Of a stretch of 64,000 nucleotides of DNA, positions 9,795-18,808 are shown piece by piece. The translations under genes were made by a program, and so were the position numbers. The first letter of the stretch is position 1. The number at the start of each line of letters is the position of its first letter. The notes under the pieces are model-generated. The model saw nothing but the letters and a program-made list of their open reading frames with translations, had not been told where the DNA came from and searched no databases. This stretch comes from an uncultured archaeon. GTDB taxonomy: Archaea > Altiarchaeota > Altiarchaeia > IMC4 > SCGC-AAA252-I15. The DNA is taken from the NCBI GenBank assembly GCA_902384455.1, contig CABMCB010000018.1:19008-83007 (forward strand), written 5' to 3'.

Positions 9795-10343
9795 TTACGT
9801 GGGGGGATTAATAAATGGTGGCTCTCCGCGCCGTCTCTCGCTTGCGGTCTTCTCCAGGAATCGGTATACTCCGCTGTGGGGCGCGCCTTCAAGAAGAAGC
9901 TCCACGCAGTGGACTGCTGAATCGACGGCTTCGTAACCGCCTATTAGGGCTACTGTCTTGCCGTATACTGAGACCAGCGCCCCCGAGTCTTTTTCTATTA
10001 TCTTGCGGGTTTTGCCTTCTTTCCCTATTATGCGGCCTTTAATGCGCAGGAGCGATTTTTCCGACAGGTCAGACAGCGACATCACGACGATTGTCGTGTC
10101 GTCTGCAAGGAGGGTCATAGCGTTTTTTGGAGAGAATCCTCGGGCTATAGCCTGAACTATGTTCTGGGCCTTAAGCGCGCCCAACCCTTCGCCTTCGACC
10201 GTAACAGCGTTGTTTTCAATGTTGATGGATGTGCCGGTGCTCTTTTCAATGTACCTCTTAGTCTTGCCTCCTTCTCCTATTAGGGCGCCAACGCGTTCTT
10301 CCGGTATCAGGACAAAATCCATACGCATAGTTATGGTCGCCAC
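9795..10343 (-). CDS. KH-domain rRNA-processing protein (Dim2/Pno1/Krr1 family)
   Basis: Two KH GxxG loops (LIGEGGKTK, RIIGKEGKTR), AIARGFSP, GAPHSGVY; usual neighbour of top6B. Confidence 0.9.
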   Translation of the reverse strand: MATITMRMDFVLIPEERVGALIGEGGKTKRYIEKSTGTSINIENNAVTVEGEGLGALKAQNIVQAIARGFSPKNAMTLLADDTTIVVMSLSDLSEKSLLRIKGRIIGKEGKTRKIIEKDSGALVSVYGKTVALIGGYEAVDSAVHCVELLLEGAPHSGVYRFLEKTASERRRGEPPFINPPT

Positions 10344-10378
10344 CGTATTTTAATCCAGTCCCGAAAGCACTAACCGAC

Positions 10379-11395
10379 ATGCCCCACGAAGCCGCGCTGT
10401 ACGAGAAAAACGAGGGCAACGCAGTCCGATGCAGGCTCTGCGCCCACAGGTGTTTGGTACAGGAGGGGAAGCGCGGGGTCTGCGGCGTAAGAGGGAATGA
10501 AGGAGGCAAACTTTACGCCTTGTCTTACGGCAAAATTATTTCAAGCGCAATAGACCCAGTTGAAAAAAAGCCGCTCTTCCATTTTCTCCCCGGCACCCGC
10601 ATATACAGCATAGCGGGGGTAGGATGCAACTTCAGATGCAAATTCTGCCAAAACTGGGAAATAAGCCAGCACCTTAGGCTCGGCGGAGACATAACAGGCG
10701 AAGAGACGACGCCCGAGGAAGTTGTGGAGGCGGCCGCGCAAACCCAATGCAAGAGCATTGCGTTCACTTACACTGAGCCCACAATTTTCCATGAGTTCAA
10801 CGTGGACGTCATGAAGCTCGCAAAAAAGAGGGGTTTGAAGACGGCGTACGTAAGCAACGGATTCATAACCCCTGAGGCGGTTACCGAATTGTCTGGTCTT
10901 CTTGACGCGGTGAACGTTGACATCAAGGCATTCACAAATGATTTTTACGTGAAGATTTGCGGCGCCACCCTTGAGGGGGTCCTTGAGGGCTGCAGGCAGT
11001 ACAGGAAAAACGGCGTCTGGCTGGAGATTACTACGCTTGTGATACCAGGCCAAAACGACGACGACGCGCAGCTGACAGGCATCGCCAGGTTCATTGCCGA
11101 AGAGCTTGGAGCGGATGTCCCGTGGCATGTGACCGCGTTCCACCCGGACTACCAGATGAAAGACGTTCCTGCTACACCTGTTGAAGCGCTTCAGAAGGCG
11201 TACGACATAGGCAAGAAGGCGGGGTTGCGCTACGTCTACGCCGGAAACATCCCTCACACTGAAGCAGAAAACACTTTATGCCCCAAATGCCAAACCCTCC
11301 TCATAGAACGCGACTATTACGCCATAAAGAAAAACGCTCTTAAAGTCGGCGCGTGCCCCCGCTGCAGCACGAAAATAGCGGGCGTATGGAAATAA
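10379..11395 (+). CDS. amrS: AmmeMemoRadiSam system radical SAM enzyme
   Basis: N-terminal CxxCxxxC...C, DPVEKKPLFHF, CNFRCKFCQN radical SAM motif, YVYAGN, C-terminal Cys pairs. Confidence 0.9.
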   Translation: MPHEAALYEKNEGNAVRCRLCAHRCLVQEGKRGVCGVRGNEGGKLYALSYGKIISSAIDPVEKKPLFHFLPGTRIYSIAGVGCNFRCKFCQNWEISQHLRLGGDITGEETTPEEVVEAAAQTQCKSIAFTYTEPTIFHEFNVDVMKLAKKRGLKTAYVSNGFITPEAVTELSGLLDAVNVDIKAFTNDFYVKICGATLEGVLEGCRQYRKNGVWLEITTLVIPGQNDDDAQLTGIARFIAEELGADVPWHVTAFHPDYQMKDVPATPVEALQKAYDIGKKAGLRYVYAGNIPHTEAENTLCPKCQTLLIERDYYAIKKNALKVGACPRCSTKIAGVWK

Positions 11396-11449
11396 GGCGC
11401 ATGCCGGCAGAATAAGGCACGTATTTTACGTCCTTTCCCCTATTTCAGG

Positions 11450-12805
11450 TTGATGGAGAATCTTCTTGCTCGCATTCTAGAAAAAATAACCCCCACACAG
11501 GAGGAAAGAAAAAAAGAAGCCGCGTTAATCGAAAATATTATGCGGGAGATAAGACACGCAGAACCGGAAGGAGAACCTCTGCTTGTGGGGTCGCTCGCCA
11601 AAGACACGGACCTTAGCGGAAACAAAGACATAGACATATTCGTAACATTCGACCCCAGCGTCCCAAGAAGCGACCTGGAAAAACGCGGCCTAAAGATGGG
11701 GAAAAAGGTCGTGAAGGCATTGGGCTCAGAACCCGAGATAGACTACGCAGAACACCCCTACGTGAAGGGAGTCTTAGAGGGTTATGTCGTCGAAATTGTG
11801 CCTTGCTACAGGGGCCCGAAGATTCAGTCTTCCGTCGACCGCACACCCTACCACACCCAGCACATCAAGAAGAAGCTTTCTGAAAAGCCGGGTCTTAGGG
11901 AGGACATTCGCCTGATGAAGCAGCTCATGAAGGCGTGCGGCGTCTACGGCGCGGAAAGCAAAGTAGAAGGATTCTCAGGGTACCTCACGGAACTCATCGT
12001 AATCCACTACGGAGGATTCCTTGGAACAGTGGAAGCCGCATCCAACTTATGGAAATACGGGCTCGCAATAGACTCCGAAAAGCACTGGGACAAGCCAGAA
12101 AACCTGAAGCATTTCTTCCCAAACTCGCCCTTAATCGTCGTAGACCCCGTCGACAAGGACCGAAACGTCGCGGCGGCGGTGAGCAAGCAGAAGATGGCGG
12201 AATTGATGGTCGCATGCAGGGACTTCCTCACAAAACCATCTGAAGAATCGTTCTTCCCAAAGAAAGAGCATCCGCCCACGAAGGAGGCGCTTAAGGCCCG
12301 CATCAAAGAGAGGGGGACTCTTCTTGTCGCCGTTGAAATCACCCACCCTAAACTCAACGAAAACATGCTTTACAGCCAGCTGCGCAGGACGCTTGTGGGA
12401 CTTGAAACGCACATAAAGGAATTCGACTTCACCATATTCAAAACTGACGTCTGGACTGACGAAAAAACAAAAAGCGCTTTGCTTCTTGAGATGACCGTGT
12501 GGGAGCTTCCGCAAGTAATGCGGGTGTACGGGCCGCCTGCGGACAGCAACAAGGAGGACCAGCTGAAGTTCTATGAAAAATACAAGGCGTATCGTCCTTA
12601 CGTCAGCGAAGGCCGTTGGATGACTGATGCGCCGCGCCCGGTGAAAACGGTTCAGAAGGCGGTGGAGTTTGCGTTGAATGAACGGCGGGGGTTTGGGAAA
12701 AACCTGCAGGACGCCCAGTTAAAAACGCATTACTTGGAAGATGTCCTCAAATTGTCTGAAGACGACGGGTACAAGATGTTTCTAGGGAAATTCCTCAGAG
12801 CATGA
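11450..12805 (+). CDS. cca: CCA-adding enzyme (archaeal class I)
   Basis: GSLAKDTDLSGNKDIDIF, YAEHPY, DRTPYH, GFSGYLTEL, DPVDKDRNVAAA. Confidence 0.95.
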   Translation: MMENLLARILEKITPTQEERKKEAALIENIMREIRHAEPEGEPLLVGSLAKDTDLSGNKDIDIFVTFDPSVPRSDLEKRGLKMGKKVVKALGSEPEIDYAEHPYVKGVLEGYVVEIVPCYRGPKIQSSVDRTPYHTQHIKKKLSEKPGLREDIRLMKQLMKACGVYGAESKVEGFSGYLTELIVIHYGGFLGTVEAASNLWKYGLAIDSEKHWDKPENLKHFFPNSPLIVVDPVDKDRNVAAAVSKQKMAELMVACRDFLTKPSEESFFPKKEHPPTKEALKARIKERGTLLVAVEITHPKLNENMLYSQLRRTLVGLETHIKEFDFTIFKTDVWTDEKTKSALLLEMTVWELPQVMRVYGPPADSNKEDQLKFYEKYKAYRPYVSEGRWMTDAPRPVKTVQKAVEFALNERRGFGKNLQDAQLKTHYLEDVLKLSEDDGYKMFLGKFLRA

Positions 12806-13452
12806 CAGTCGCACAAAACATAGCGCAAATACGCTCGGCCGTAGAAGCGGCCTGCCTGCGAGCAAAAAGAAACCCGAGTGAAGTTCTAATAGAGGCCGTA
12901 ATCAAAAACAGAGCCGACGACGAAATAAAGAAGGCAATCGACGCTGGCGTCCGAATCGTAGGAGTAAACCGCATACAAGACGCTGAAACAAAATTCCCGC
13001 ATCTGCCCGCAAACGTTGAGAAACACATCATAGGCCCCATTCAAAGCAACAAAGCAGGGAAGGCCGCCGAGATTGCGGACGTAATCGAAAGCTTGGATAG
13101 GATTAAGATTGCAAAAATACTCAACGACCACGCGCCCCGCACCCTGCCTGTTTATGTGGAAGTGAACGTCGGAAGCGAACCGCAAAAACACGGAATAAAA
13201 CCAGAAGAACTCCCGCAATTCCTTACCGATCTCAAACCCCTAACAAACCTGAAAATAATGGGCCTTATGACGGTCGCCCCACTTGGCCCGCCTGAAAAAA
13301 CCCGCCCAATCTTTAAGGAACTCCAGCAACTCGCACACGCGCACAACATCACCGGCCTTAGCATGGGAATGACAGACGACTATGTTACCGCAGTCGAGGA
13401 AGGAAGCACGCTTGTAAGAATAGGAAGAGCACTGTTTGACGACAAAAACTGA
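12802..13452 (+). CDS. yggS: PLP homeostasis protein (YggS family)
   Basis: HIIGPIQSNK, GLMT, LSMGMTDDY, EEGSTLVRIGRALF. Confidence 0.92.
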   Translation: MTVAQNIAQIRSAVEAACLRAKRNPSEVLIEAVIKNRADDEIKKAIDAGVRIVGVNRIQDAETKFPHLPANVEKHIIGPIQSNKAGKAAEIADVIESLDRIKIAKILNDHAPRTLPVYVEVNVGSEPQKHGIKPEELPQFLTDLKPLTNLKIMGLMTVAPLGPPEKTRPIFKELQQLAHAHNITGLSMGMTDDYVTAVEEGSTLVRIGRALFDDKN

Positions 13453-13504
13453 CGAGTTACTTCTGAGCAGGGGTATTAAGGCACCACGTACGGGATGATT
13501 TACT

Positions 13505-13816
13505 TCAATTCTTTTTCAATTCCTCGAACAGTTGATGTACTAGTTTAGCATAGTCGGCATTAAGCTCAGTATAACTCAGGTCACTTCCGTCTTTGGGCGA
13601 TAACGCAAGTTCATGCATTGAACCCATTCCACCCGGAATCGCATTTTTTATCTCCTTTAAAATAGCAGCCCTTTCGTGAGGATTCGACCCCTGCTCTAGT
13701 TTTTCTCTTCTCTCAGATAAGAATTTTTTCCAAAATTGTATTGTCTTATTTTCCTTTCCTTTTTCTAGTAACAACTCGATTTTTTTGATAAGAGTGACAA
13801 CTTCTTCTTTTTTCAA
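13505..13816 (-). CDS. Small low-GC hypothetical protein with GGMGS motif (resembles DUF6966-type proteins)
   Basis: 103 aa helical ORF with TTG start, visibly AT-richer than its neighbours; IPGGMGSMHEL motif. Confidence 0.6.
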   Translation of the reverse strand: MKKEEVVTLIKKIELLLEKGKENKTIQFWKKFLSERREKLEQGSNPHERAAILKEIKNAIPGGMGSMHELALSPKDGSDLSYTELNADYAKLVHQLFEELKKN

Positions 13817-13864
13817 TTTAATACCGACACTCAGTATTAAAAAGAATTATTAAAAAGCCCCGCT

Positions 13865-13955
13865 TTATTCTTTCCCGAAGAATTTTCTGAACGCTAGCGA
13901 CCTTCGGTCGCTGCGCCCACGGACTTCGTCCGTAGGGCATTGGGTTCATGTCTAC
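13865..13955 (-). pseudogene. Displaced copy of the secY 3' end (DMNPM/FRKFFGKE*), interrupted by a 46-bp hairpin insert
   Basis: Reverse strand reads GAC ATG AAC CCA ATG [46 bp] TTC AGA AAA TTC TTC GGG AAA GAA TAA, the same peptide as the secY C-terminus. Confidence 0.85.
13892..13937. repeat. Twin-hairpin REP-like palindromic element
   Basis: cgc-t-agcgacc-TTC-ggtcgct-gcg followed by ccc-acggac-TTC-gtccgt-a-ggg; both have GAA triloops on the minus strand. Confidence 0.75.
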
Positions 13956-13982
13956 GGATTCTTTTAGAAAAAAATTAACTGA

Positions 13983-15368
13983 CTACTCTTTCCCAAAGAA
14001 CTTTCGGAACATAGGATTCATATCAGCCATTTGTTCCCGCTGGATGTCTTCGTACATGCGGTATAGTATGCCGACGGTAAGGAGTATTCCTGTTCCGCTT
14101 CCAAGGGCCCCGACGAATTCTGCGAGAGACGCGAGCAATCCGATTGCGACGCTTGAGATGATTGTTATTTGGGGTATGTACCTATCGAGCATTCTTTTGA
14201 CTACGCGTTCGTCGCGGCGGAAGCCGGGAATCTGTAGGCCGCCTTGTTGTATTTGTTTGGCGACTGCTTCTGAGCCTAGGTTTGTGGTTTCAACCCAGAA
14301 TTTTCCGAATAGGATGCAGAGTGCGACGAACACTGCGAGGTAGATTACCATATGGAGGATTATCAGGGGGTCGAATATTCTCATCCATGAGCCGGGGCTT
14401 AGTATTCCGTAGAGGTCTCCTATGGTGACGTATGTCGTGAAGTAGTAGACTATTTTCTGGAACATGGTTAGGCTTGCGTACGATACTCCTTCCTGGAGTC
14501 CTGCGACGTTTGCGAGCATCCTCACGTTCATCAAAAGCGCAGAAGCTAGTATGACTGGGATGTTGCTTACGTAGAAGAATTTTATAGGGAACCTTCCTCC
14601 GACGCCGCGGATTCCTCCGTAAGATAGTGGAATCTCCATCCTCAAGCTTTCGCAGAAGACGACGATCAGGAAGACTATGATTGTGGCGATTACGGGGAAT
14701 ATGAGTGCGAACTCGAATTTGCCGCCCATAAGCTGCTCAATGAAGTTTGGGATGTAACCGGGGAAAGTGCCCGCCTCAGTCCTGATGAAGTTCAATGAGC
14801 CGGTTATTATCTGGTGGGACACGCCGCCCGCGATGAACAAGCTTATTCCGCTTCCTATGCCCCATTTGCTGACGACCTCGTCAAGGTACATCAAAAGAAT
14901 GCTTCCCAAGGCAATCTGGAATATGGTGAAAAATATAAGAGCCTGACCAGTAACCATCTGAGTGGCATAAACCAAAGCAGCCGCCTCAAAGAAAGCTACT
15001 ACTACAGTAAGAATCTTCTGGGCCCCCTGAAACAGCGCCTTGCCTTCCGGCTTACTCAAGTCTATGTCCACCATGTCGGCGCCCACCATCAACTGCAAAA
15101 TAATTGACGCAGTGACTATGGGGCCTATCCCGGCCGACACTATTGAGCCGATTGAGCTTGCGAATATGGTTGTTAGTTGGTCGAATCCGCGGATTTTCTC
15201 TCGCAAAGTCTCGGGCGACACCCCGTAGGGGTATATTACGCCCATGATGAAGAACAAGAGCAATGCGACGGCAGTCCACTGGAGCTTCTGCTTGAACGGA
15301 ACCCGGCCTTCGGGCATCCGCACTTCAGGCAGATACTTTATGAACGGCCTCAGGAACTCCAGGTTCAT
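13983..15368 (-). CDS. secY: Preprotein translocase subunit SecY
   Basis: GIGPIVTASIILQL, KWGIGSGISLFI, FFYVSNIPVIL, IPGFRRD, GTGILLTV. Confidence 0.97.
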   Translation of the reverse strand: MNLEFLRPFIKYLPEVRMPEGRVPFKQKLQWTAVALLLFFIMGVIYPYGVSPETLREKIRGFDQLTTIFASSIGSIVSAGIGPIVTASIILQLMVGADMVDIDLSKPEGKALFQGAQKILTVVVAFFEAAALVYATQMVTGQALIFFTIFQIALGSILLMYLDEVVSKWGIGSGISLFIAGGVSHQIITGSLNFIRTEAGTFPGYIPNFIEQLMGGKFEFALIFPVIATIIVFLIVVFCESLRMEIPLSYGGIRGVGGRFPIKFFYVSNIPVILASALLMNVRMLANVAGLQEGVSYASLTMFQKIVYYFTTYVTIGDLYGILSPGSWMRIFDPLIILHMVIYLAVFVALCILFGKFWVETTNLGSEAVAKQIQQGGLQIPGFRRDERVVKRMLDRYIPQITIISSVAIGLLASLAEFVGALGSGTGILLTVGILYRMYEDIQREQMADMNPMFRKFFGKE

Positions 15369-15379
15369 TGTTTGGTTGT

Positions 15380-15856
15380 TTACGATGTTTCTTCGGCTGA
15401 ATCCGCTTTTTCAGTCGGAGATAGTACTGTGACGCTGCCGCCTGCGGCCTCCACTTTTTCGACTGCTTTTGCCGAGGCTGCGTTTACTGTCACCTCTATT
15501 TTTTGGGTGACTGCGCCTGAGCCGAGTAGTTTTCCGTATCCGAGGTCTGTTAGGTTTATGCGGATTTTGTCGCCGGTTTTTTCTGCGTGTTTTGCGGCGA
15601 CAAGTAGGGGTATTTGCCGGCATAGGTCGCCGACGTTGATTGCTTCAGTTTCGAATAGTATGTTTGTGTGGCGTTTGAATCCTTTTCCGCCGAAGTATCC
15701 GGGCATGAATTTGCTGACGTGCATCCACTTGTGTTTTTTGCTGCCGGCCATTCCGTGGCCTCCTCTGCTTCCGGCTCCCCGGTGTTTTTGGGTGTTGCCG
15801 TAGCCGCAGCTTCTGGTGCCGCGTTTGCTCTGGTTTTTTCGGTCTTTCTGGGCCAT
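15380..15856 (-). CDS. rpl15: 50S ribosomal protein uL15
   Basis: RGAGSRGGHGMAG, GYFGGKGF, KLLGSG; spc-operon position. Confidence 0.95.
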   Translation of the reverse strand: MAQKDRKNQSKRGTRSCGYGNTQKHRGAGSRGGHGMAGSKKHKWMHVSKFMPGYFGGKGFKRHTNILFETEAINVGDLCRQIPLLVAAKHAEKTGDKIRINLTDLGYGKLLGSGAVTQKIEVTVNAASAKAVEKVEAAGGSVTVLSPTEKADSAEETS

Positions 15857-16360
15857 TTATAGCATCCTCTCTATGAGTTCGGCTATTTTGGCGCCTCTGT
15901 ATCCTAGTGCGCCGCCGATGCTGTAGGGCTTTTTGATTCCGCCTTTGTCGAATCCTTTCTTTGGCGGGTTGAGTCTTATTACGGGTATGATGCCTTCGAC
16001 GTCCTTGAATGAGGCTTTGTTTGAGGATAATGCGGCTGCGTAGTCTTTGATTGTCGCGTACTTGGAGTGCGCCTTCATGTAGGCGTCGTCAAGCGCTTTT
16101 CTTCCTGCGGATTTTCCTCGCGTAGACAGGACTTTTTCCACTATGTGGGCGTCCACTTCTCCCCATGTGACGTAGTCGTTGACTTTAATCAGCATGCCCC
16201 TCGTGGAGTCGTTGTATGGTATGAATGTGGCGTGGTTCTTGTGGTTTAGGTTCATGAGCATGAGGGTATCCTCTATGTCGCCTTTAACATGGACGCTGCC
16301 GCGGACTCTCACCACCGCAACCATCTTCCCGTTCAATGATTCTCTGGATGACATACTCAC
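15857..16360 (-). CDS. rpl30: 50S ribosomal protein uL30
   Basis: AVVRVRG, VNDYVTWGE, RLNPPKKG, GGALGYRG. Confidence 0.95.
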   Translation of the reverse strand: MSMSSRESLNGKMVAVVRVRGSVHVKGDIEDTLMLMNLNHKNHATFIPYNDSTRGMLIKVNDYVTWGEVDAHIVEKVLSTRGKSAGRKALDDAYMKAHSKYATIKDYAAALSSNKASFKDVEGIIPVIRLNPPKKGFDKGGIKKPYSIGGALGYRGAKIAELIERML

Positions 16361-17067
16361 TCAGTTGGAACTACCGGTTTTACCTCTCCGACAACAACAC
16401 CCAACTTCTTCTCCTGATCGGAAAGAGTCTTCGGGTTGTTGGTGTTCTTTAGGGCGTCATACACGGCGAAAGCGAAGTTGATGCTAGTGCGGGTGTGGCC
16501 GGAAGTCTGAACGTACACGTCCTTGATTCCGGACAACGCAATAATCTTGCGCGCAATCTCACCCGAAACGATGCCGGTCCCCTTAGGCGCCGGCTTAAGA
16601 ATCACGGTGACGCTGCCCGCCTTACCTTCAACAGTAAAAGGAACGCTGTGGTGACCGCCGCACATGCACTCCCAGCTGCCGCACCCACGCTTGACTTCAA
16701 TGAGAGCAAGCTTAGCGCGCTCAATGGAACTGCGGATTGTAGGCCCAGCCTCCTTCCCCTTGGAAGTGCCCACACCCACGTATCCGTCACCGTTCCCTAT
16801 TGCCGTAACAATCCTGAACTTAAGCCTGCGCCCGCTGTCCGTAACACGCTGGACGCGGCCGACGTCAAGTATTTCCTCCGACGTTGTGGGAAGCAGCTTG
16901 TCTACGATTTCGACTTCCTTGATTGGTTGCTGGCTTCGTATTACGTCGTGGATGCTTGTTATCTGGCCTGTTCTGACTTGGAGGCCGAGTTTTGTGCGCG
17001 GCTTCCATATTACAGGCTCTTCTCCCGCCCCTTCGCCGGTGGCCCATGGATCTGTTTCGGAGTTCAT
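16357..17067 (-). CDS. rps5: 30S ribosomal protein uS5
   Basis: WKPRTKLG, QRVTDSGR, RGCGSWEC, PAPKGTG. Confidence 0.96.
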   Translation of the reverse strand: MNSETDPWATGEGAGEEPVIWKPRTKLGLQVRTGQITSIHDVIRSQQPIKEVEIVDKLLPTTSEEILDVGRVQRVTDSGRRLKFRIVTAIGNGDGYVGVGTSKGKEAGPTIRSSIERAKLALIEVKRGCGSWECMCGGHHSVPFTVEGKAGSVTVILKPAPKGTGIVSGEIARKIIALSGIKDVYVQTSGHTRTSINFAFAVYDALKNTNNPKTLSDQEKKLGVVVGEVKPVVPTE

Positions 17068-17594
17068 TCTGCTGATACTGATTTTTGAGTTAGGATTTTC
17101 TCCTTGATTTTAGCGACGTCTTCTGTTAAGTGCGTTTTCCTGTATGCGTCAATTATTTTCCCGCTTGTGCGGTCGTCGGACGGCAGCGCCTCCTTGTCGT
17201 GCGGGACGTTCAGTCCGCCTTCGACTGCGCCTTTTACCACAGCATACAGGCGGTTGCCTTTGATGCTTCGGCTTAAACCCAAGTCGATTATTGCTTCCTC
17301 CACTTGAGCGTTCTTGGCGCGAACCGCAATCAACAACCCCACAAGGTAAGCCGTAGGCGAGTTCACCAGCGCGTTGCTCCAACCCAACTTCCTTATGTCG
17401 TCTGAAGACGCCTGAGCGAGAACAACGTCTCCGGCCCTCTCGTAGTTGATTATTTGAGCGCGAATGTGGTGGCCTGTGCGCCTAATCACCAGCCGGGGCA
17501 TTCCTCCCTTGAGGGAATTAAGGCGGTGCTTGTAGTTAGTCCGCCCGCTCCTTGCCCGCCGGTAGCGCACCACGTAAGTAGGTCCAGTTGCCAT
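17064..17594 (-). CDS. rpl18: 50S ribosomal protein uL18
   Basis: GPTYVVRYRR...GRTNY, PRLVIRRT, AYLVGL, GGLNVPH. Confidence 0.95.
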   Translation of the reverse strand: MATGPTYVVRYRRARSGRTNYKHRLNSLKGGMPRLVIRRTGHHIRAQIINYERAGDVVLAQASSDDIRKLGWSNALVNSPTAYLVGLLIAVRAKNAQVEEAIIDLGLSRSIKGNRLYAVVKGAVEGGLNVPHDKEALPSDDRTSGKIIDAYRKTHLTEDVAKIKEKILTQKSVSAE

Positions 17595-17599
17595 GTTAA

Positions 17600-18040
17600 T
17601 TACTCTTTAGTTCTAGCATGCTGCTCGCGCAAGTGGCGCCTGCTGTGGAACAGGTTCCCCTTAGCCTGCAAATACATGCTGCGATACGTATTAGCGTCAA
17701 TTTCCCCTTCAGCCTTCATCTTCCTCAACTCCTCCCTAAGAGCCCGAATCTTCTGCATCCACGCGGACTTAGGCTGCTTGCGCGCCTTCTGCGTCCCCGT
17801 CCTCTTAGCGCTGCCCTTATAACGACCAGACGCCTTCCGCCCAGCCCGCTCTCTAACGCGGCCGCGGCTGATGCTTCTGGCTGGCGCGGCGTATATTGAG
17901 CCGTCTTTGATGAGAGCTCTGACGTCGTCCCGCGTTATTGCCTCGGAGATTTCATCGAGCTTTTCAACGTCAAACCTAATGCGGTTGACTCCGGCCTTCA
18001 ATAACTCTGAAGCGAGACGTTTTTGGCTTGCGAGATTCAT
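17600..18040 (-). CDS. rpl19e: 50S ribosomal protein eL19
   Basis: QKRLASELL, AITRDDVRALI, WMQKIRALR, YLQAKGN. Confidence 0.96.
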   Translation of the reverse strand: MNLASQKRLASELLKAGVNRIRFDVEKLDEISEAITRDDVRALIKDGSIYAAPARSISRGRVRERAGRKASGRYKGSAKRTGTQKARKQPKSAWMQKIRALREELRKMKAEGEIDANTYRSMYLQAKGNLFHSRRHLREQHARTKE

Positions 18041-18795
18041 ACTTCACCTCGTCTGGGATTTAAGACGACGATTTTCTTGGCGTTTGCCGCCTTGATTATT
18101 TCATTGCGTTTTTTGCGGCCGACACTTGCGGCTATGATTGCGCCGTCCTGTTTGGGCTTGAGTTTTGCCAGGTCTTCGGTGGTTTTCACGAGTATTGGGA
18201 CGTAGCCGGCAGGCGTAAGTCCCCGGAATTCTTCTGGCTTCTTGTAGCCGATGGAGGGCATCAGGGGTTTTCCGCGTTTTCCTTCAAGCTGCTTGCTGTC
18301 TATTCCGCGCGGAGTCCTCCATCTTTCCTTCAGCTGCGGCTTCTTCCACAACTCTGGCCCTATGAAGCGCGGCTTCTTCTTTTTGGCGAGATTGACTTCG
18401 GCGAATGTTTCTGCGTCTTTCCCTTCGAATTTGCGAGCGTGAACTTCGACTATTTTCTCTACGGGAGGCTTAAACGGAACCTTGACTTTCTTCTCCTTCT
18501 TTACCGGCTTCTTCTCCTTTGGCTCAGCCTCAGCTTCTGCGGCAACACCTTCGGAAGACTCTTCTTCAACAGACTCTTCTCCCGCTTTTACTGCTTTTTT
18601 CGCCTTCTTCTTTTCAGCGGGCTTCTTGGGCGCCGCCTTCTCCTCATGCTTGTGAACGTGCTCCTCCTTCTTTTCTTCTGCTGGCGCAGGCTCCGCAGGT
18701 TCGGCATGCTTGTGGGCTTCGGCTTTTGAGGCCTCCTTTTTGCCTTCGGTTTTTGCCGATCCCTTGTGGGCGTGCGATTCTTTTTCTTCTGCCAT
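18037..18795 (-). CDS. rpl32e: 50S ribosomal protein eL32 with long charged N-terminal extension
   Basis: KKPRF, WRTPRGIDSK, PSIGY, VGRKKR, VLNP; ATG 18795 preferred. Confidence 0.9.
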   Translation of the reverse strand: MAEEKESHAHKGSAKTEGKKEASKAEAHKHAEPAEPAPAEEKKEEHVHKHEEKAAPKKPAEKKKAKKAVKAGEESVEEESSEGVAAEAEAEPKEKKPVKKEKKVKVPFKPPVEKIVEVHARKFEGKDAETFAEVNLAKKKKPRFIGPELWKKPQLKERWRTPRGIDSKQLEGKRGKPLMPSIGYKKPEEFRGLTPAGYVPILVKTTEDLAKLKPKQDGAIIAASVGRKKRNEIIKAANAKKIVVLNPRRGEV

Positions 18796-18808
18796 TATCT
18801 TTAAACCT

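Noticed and set aside
10379-11395. amrS without amrA/amrB as a novel context
   Set aside because: These genes are often unlinked in archaea; the partners may lie outside the window
13453-13864. GTATTAA on both sides of the low-GC gene as a possible target-site duplication
   Set aside because: Short AT-rich 7-mer with undefined boundaries; not distinguishable from chance
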